IMG/VR virus record: IMGVR_UViG_3300042905_000504
Coordinates: 1 to 37,450 of that record
DNA from: a virus
Taxonomy: Duplodnaviria > Caudoviricetes
Length of the DNA: 37,450 nucleotides
Reading direction: 5' to 3' (one strand)
Shown: piece after piece, positions 34,141 to 37,450 of the stretch
Numbering within the stretch: the stretch's first letter is position 1
Layout: the number at the start of each line of letters is the position of its first letter
Notes under the pieces: model-generated
Database searches by the model: none
What the model was told of the DNA's origin: nothing
What the model saw: only the letters and a program-made list of their open reading frames with translations
Translations under genes and position numbers: made by a program

Positions 34141-36612
34141 TCACCTGGCGCGGGCGTAATTAAAGGGTGACTCCGCGAAGGCGGCGTAGATGTACGTACC
34201 GCTAGAAGCATTCCAACTGCTTGAATTTGTTCTGAGCTTGAATCCATTTGAGTTAATGTCAACTGGACCGCCATTGGTTCCTTCTGCGGCAGAAGCATTT
34301 GGATACAATTCCGCCTTAGCTTCGTTATACGTTGATCGCGCAGTATCTATAATTATCCAGTCGATTGCTGAATCACTCCGCTTCACCAACAGCCATCTGG
34401 TGCGGTGTCCGGTAAACACAAACGGACCATCCGAGCTGCCGTTGCCGGTGTAGCTGCCAAACGAGCTGTAGCCCGCCACAGGCGCCCAACATAGAGCCAA
34501 ATAGTCTTTAGATGCTGCGTTGACCGTGCCTGAACCAGTGGTATTTACGGTGAATACAGTACTTGTAGGTTCCGTCTGATTCCACGGGTCAAAGTCAAGA
34601 GCTGCAGCAGATGTATTCTGCCACGCCATCATATTGGATGCGCCTAATGCTGAGTGATAGCAAATCCAACCGTATCCGCTGTCAGTTCTGCGCTTGACCA
34701 CGAACATGCCAGGCTTGACACCCAAACCATGGCCAACTGTGGAAACGCTGCTTGAGCCGGTATAAGTAACAATCGAGAACCCCGCCGTCGCATTAGCCCG
34801 CACCTGACTAGAGATGGAGCCTTGTGTGTTGGTTACCGTTGAGGTTCCTGCGTCCCAGGCCCAGGCGACGTAAGTCTTCGAGCTTTGGTTACATTCAAGA
34901 TCACCAGGGCCAGCACTGTCAGCGCCAAGCGTGAAACCTGTGGATGTGTAGGCCGTAACTTGGTCTGTGGTCGTCAGTTCAGCGCCAGTAGTGTTCGACC
35001 TGAGTCGCTGAGTAACACCACGAACAATATCAGTAAGGTGATGGTTGTAACCAGCAGAATCGCGGTTCTTGATCCACAGAAAATCTGGGTTGAACTGGAG
35101 GCTGCTAATCGTCTGCGTGCTACCTGTGCCTGTATAAAGAACCGTATCGAAGACCGTGTTAGGCTTTGTGACTACTGGGGCGGGCAGGTTTGCCGTGCAG
35201 AGCGCCTTGAAGCCGCTGGGGGCCGTGTAGGCGAAGGGGCGTTGGCCAGTGTTAAATACAAGGGTGGCGGGACTTCCGTAGTTTCTTGCGTCCAGTGCTG
35301 GAAATACTGGAGTGCCATTGGTCGGCAGGTTGGCGAAAATGGCATTGGTGCCAGAGGCAGGATTCCCGCTGTTCAGCCAAGTGCCGTTTTTGCCAAACCA
35401 GATCTTGCCGTTTGTTAAATCGTAAGCGCATTGAACAATGTCGCCTTGGGCATAGGTTGTGTAGGAACTGCTAAACGAGTTGTTGTTTAATGCTTGGCCA
35501 TTACTGGAGTTTGTTTGGCAAAAGATCGCCCATCCATAAGCGTCTTCACCGATGTGCTTGCCGACTATGACAGCCTGTGATGTCAGTACGCCAACCTGTG
35601 CGGGACTATTGGTTGATGTTTCAATCAGAACCTCGAAATACCATTTGCCGCTTGTTGGGCCGAGGGTGCCAACCGAAAGGACGGTGTTAGCACTACTACC
35701 TCCAGTTTTAAGGTTGCCGTCGCTTAAGCCACTTGTGCCGACAAGCGGATTCAGCGTGCAGTAGTTTCCCCTAACCTCACCCCCCGCGCCGGTGTCCGTC
35801 TGCGCGCCGTTGGTCGGTACATCCACCAGCGAGTCGTTACCAGCGCCGGATGACACCGAGAAGTTGTTCGGCGTCCAGTTGTTGCTGCCTGCGCTGTCTT
35901 TGCCGAGCGTGGTGCTGGTGGTGCCGCTGTTGTCCGAGAACTCCAGGTGGAAGCCGTTGGTGCCGTAGCTGCCGGTGTATGCCTTCGGGATGAGCTGGCC
36001 GGTGGTGGCGTCGGTTTCGGTGAATGAGCTGGGGGTCAGTTGCTGACCAGCAACCATGTGGACATCAGCTAAGTATGAATTGAGATAGTGGCTTGAGACG
36101 TATTGGTAAAAACCGATTACATGCGTCACCGTATTGTTAATGTCAGTGTTGGTGTTTTGGGCGACGTAAGAGCCACTAAGAGTTTGCTCAACTCCGTTCA
36201 CGTATAGCTTGGTTCTATTTGCTGCCGTGCCTTGCGTGCTGTCAAATGCAAGAACAACATGATACCAAGCAGAAAAATCCCTATAAACAGCAGCAGTAAC
36301 AAGAGAATAAACAGTAGAACCGTCATACCAAAAAAAGTTCAGCTTATCATCGCTTGTAAATCCAAACCGTCCTTGTGGGTATTGGCCAGAAGCAGATGCA
36401 TCTAAAATTGTTTCTTCTGTCGCAACTTTTGTTCGTTTAATCCAGAAGGAGAACGTCCAAGTCCTGCGCTCCGCCGTTGTTGTTGAGCCAGGCGTGCGGC
36501 TGAGATAGGCCGAGTCTGGTGCATTCAGGCGGATGCTCCTGGAGATACCCCCACCAGCAGCACCTGCAGCGCTAGTGAGCAGCAGCGGATTGACGGAACC
36601 GGGAACCAGCAT
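34141..36612 (-). CDS. Tail fibre / receptor-binding protein with LamG (ConA) and SPRY domains
   Basis: TWTFSFWIKR..AWYHVVLAFDST..KLYVNG (LamG); SGKWYFEV..IWFGKNG (SPRY); repeated YTG modules. ATG 36612 is coupled to the upstream stop. Confidence 0.85.
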   Translation of the reverse strand: MLVPGSVNPLLLTSAAGAAGGGISRSIRLNAPDSAYLSRTPGSTTTAERRTWTFSFWIKRTKVATEETILDASASGQYPQGRFGFTSDDKLNFFWYDGSTVYSLVTAAVYRDFSAWYHVVLAFDSTQGTAANRTKLYVNGVEQTLSGSYVAQNTNTDINNTVTHVIGFYQYVSSHYLNSYLADVHMVAGQQLTPSSFTETDATTGQLIPKAYTGSYGTNGFHLEFSDNSGTTSTTLGKDSAGSNNWTPNNFSVSSGAGNDSLVDVPTNGAQTDTGAGGEVRGNYCTLNPLVGTSGLSDGNLKTGGSSANTVLSVGTLGPTSGKWYFEVLIETSTNSPAQVGVLTSQAVIVGKHIGEDAYGWAIFCQTNSSNGQALNNNSFSSSYTTYAQGDIVQCAYDLTNGKIWFGKNGTWLNSGNPASGTNAIFANLPTNGTPVFPALDARNYGSPATLVFNTGQRPFAYTAPSGFKALCTANLPAPVVTKPNTVFDTVLYTGTGSTQTISSLQFNPDFLWIKNRDSAGYNHHLTDIVRGVTQRLRSNTTGAELTTTDQVTAYTSTGFTLGADSAGPGDLECNQSSKTYVAWAWDAGTSTVTNTQGSISSQVRANATAGFSIVTYTGSSSVSTVGHGLGVKPGMFVVKRRTDSGYGWICYHSALGASNMMAWQNTSAAALDFDPWNQTEPTSTVFTVNTTGSGTVNAASKDYLALCWAPVAGYSSFGSYTGNGSSDGPFVFTGHRTRWLLVKRSDSAIDWIIIDTARSTYNEAKAELYPNASAAEGTNGGPVDINSNGFKLRTNSSSWNASSGTYIYAAFAESPFNYARAR

Positions 36613-37397
36613 CAGCTCAGGTTGGTAATCAGGGTGGCGGTGATTTGCGTGGAAGACTGCACCGCGTAGACGATGCAATCACGAGCGTTGGCAGCAGTGG
36701 CCAGCGTCGGTGCCGTGCCACCAGTGAAGTCCCAATGTGACTGAAAAGCGAGTGTCCGCCCCCCGGTGCCATCCTGAGTGATCCAGATCGCGCCGCTTTG
36801 CCCTGCTGTCAGATTGGTCGGGTTGGCCAGTGTCCTGTTGCCGCCCAATGTTGCCGAGAAGTTGTTGGCCACTGCAAAATCGGGGGTGATTATTGCGCCA
36901 TCCGTCAGCGCCGAGATCGTGCCTCTTTGAGCAGCGGTGAACGTTTGCGCCAGGTTGATGCCCGCAACCGTCAGCGACGCATCTGGCAGCGTGATCGTGC
37001 GGTCTGCAGTCGGGTTGGTGACCGCCAGCGTGGTCTCATTTGCATCAGCGCTGCTGCCCTCAAACACCAGCGAACCAGCCGTGCCAATCAGCAGCTCACC
37101 CGTAACCGTGCCACCAGCCAGCGCAAGGTAGGTGCTCGCCGCTGTAGCGCTCGTCAGCAGGCCAAGGTTGGCAGCCGTGACATCACCGACCGTGATCCAT
37201 GCGTCGTTTGCAGCGTTGCGGATCTTGAGCAGCGCCGGGCTGACACCGGTGTCGATCCACCACTGGTAGGCGTAGGTTGTGCTGGGTGCAGTCGAGCCTG
37301 AGTTCTGGCTGACGATCGCCGCAAGGATCGTGTTCAGCTCAGATCTGAAGTTGGCTCCAGACTGGTTAGCCAGTGAATAATCAGTTGCCTGTGCCAT
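36612..37397 (-). CDS. Tail fibre protein (proximal)
   Basis: DYSLANQSGANFRSELN..NSGSTAPSTTYAYQWW, TADRTITLPD, C-terminal NRTLANPTN..QDGTGGRTL. Confidence 0.8.
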   Translation of the reverse strand: MAQATDYSLANQSGANFRSELNTILAAIVSQNSGSTAPSTTYAYQWWIDTGVSPALLKIRNAANDAWITVGDVTAANLGLLTSATAASTYLALAGGTVTGELLIGTAGSLVFEGSSADANETTLAVTNPTADRTITLPDASLTVAGINLAQTFTAAQRGTISALTDGAIITPDFAVANNFSATLGGNRTLANPTNLTAGQSGAIWITQDGTGGRTLAFQSHWDFTGGTAPTLATAANARDCIVYAVQSSTQITATLITNLS

Positions 37398-37450
37398 TAG
37401 GTGATCTGCCTGCCGTGGCCAACGGCTTGGTAATCAAAGGTCCTGGTCAC
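37397..37450 (-). CDS. C-terminal end of an upstream gene, probably central tail fibre gpJ-like
   Basis: ...VTRTFDYQAVGHGRQIT*, TAATG-coupled to the fibre gene. Confidence 0.55.
   Translation of the reverse strand: MTRTFDYQAVGHGRQIT

Noticed and set aside
36612-36678. N-terminal extensions given in the ORF track (also starts at 22674, 22759, 20187, 26026, 26802, 25368)
   Set aside because: Downstream starts are coupled to upstream stops or lie after the promoters, while the extensions overlap other genes or promoter boxes.
1-37450. tRNA/rRNA genes, integrase, photosynthesis auxiliary genes (psbA, hli), DNA methyltransferase, stop-codon reassignment
   Set aside because: None recognised by eye. 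Intergenic gaps are short, and TAA, TAG and TGA all terminate conserved genes normally.

Overview
Almost a complete genome of a GC-rich (roughly 58-60% by eye) lambda-like siphovirus, most likely a cyanophage infecting Synechococcus/Cyanobium. The evidence is a cyanobacterial-type RpoD-family sigma factor, a DnaN clamp, a Prim-Pol/VirE replicase and many small ORFs typical of cyanophages. The minus strand carries replication (primase-helicase, DnaN), packaging (TerS/TerL/portal), head, tail (G/GT frameshift, tape measure, M, L, K), tail fibre and lysis genes. The plus strand carries an early block (nucleases, SF2 helicase, VRR-NUC, RecE/Bet, SSB, DUF3310, dCTP deaminase, sigma factor). The window starts in gpK and ends in a probable gpJ, so the genome is probably circularly permuted with only the I/J region outside. 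The most notable observations are: (1) a split bulb-type (GNA) mannose-binding lectin inserted inside the Fe-S cysteine module of tail-tip protein gpL; (2) three CUGCG-loop hairpins in the scaffold and capsid 5' leaders; (3) two tandem paralogous tail-tube genes; (4) an 18-bp identical sigma70 promoter element driving two small membrane-protein genes; (5) recurring TA(A/G)NCT -10 boxes built onto stop codons; (6) a repeat-rich probable origin; (7) a 433-aa histone-like basic protein and a cluster of small basic proteins. All family assignments come from motif recognition and synteny, not database searches.
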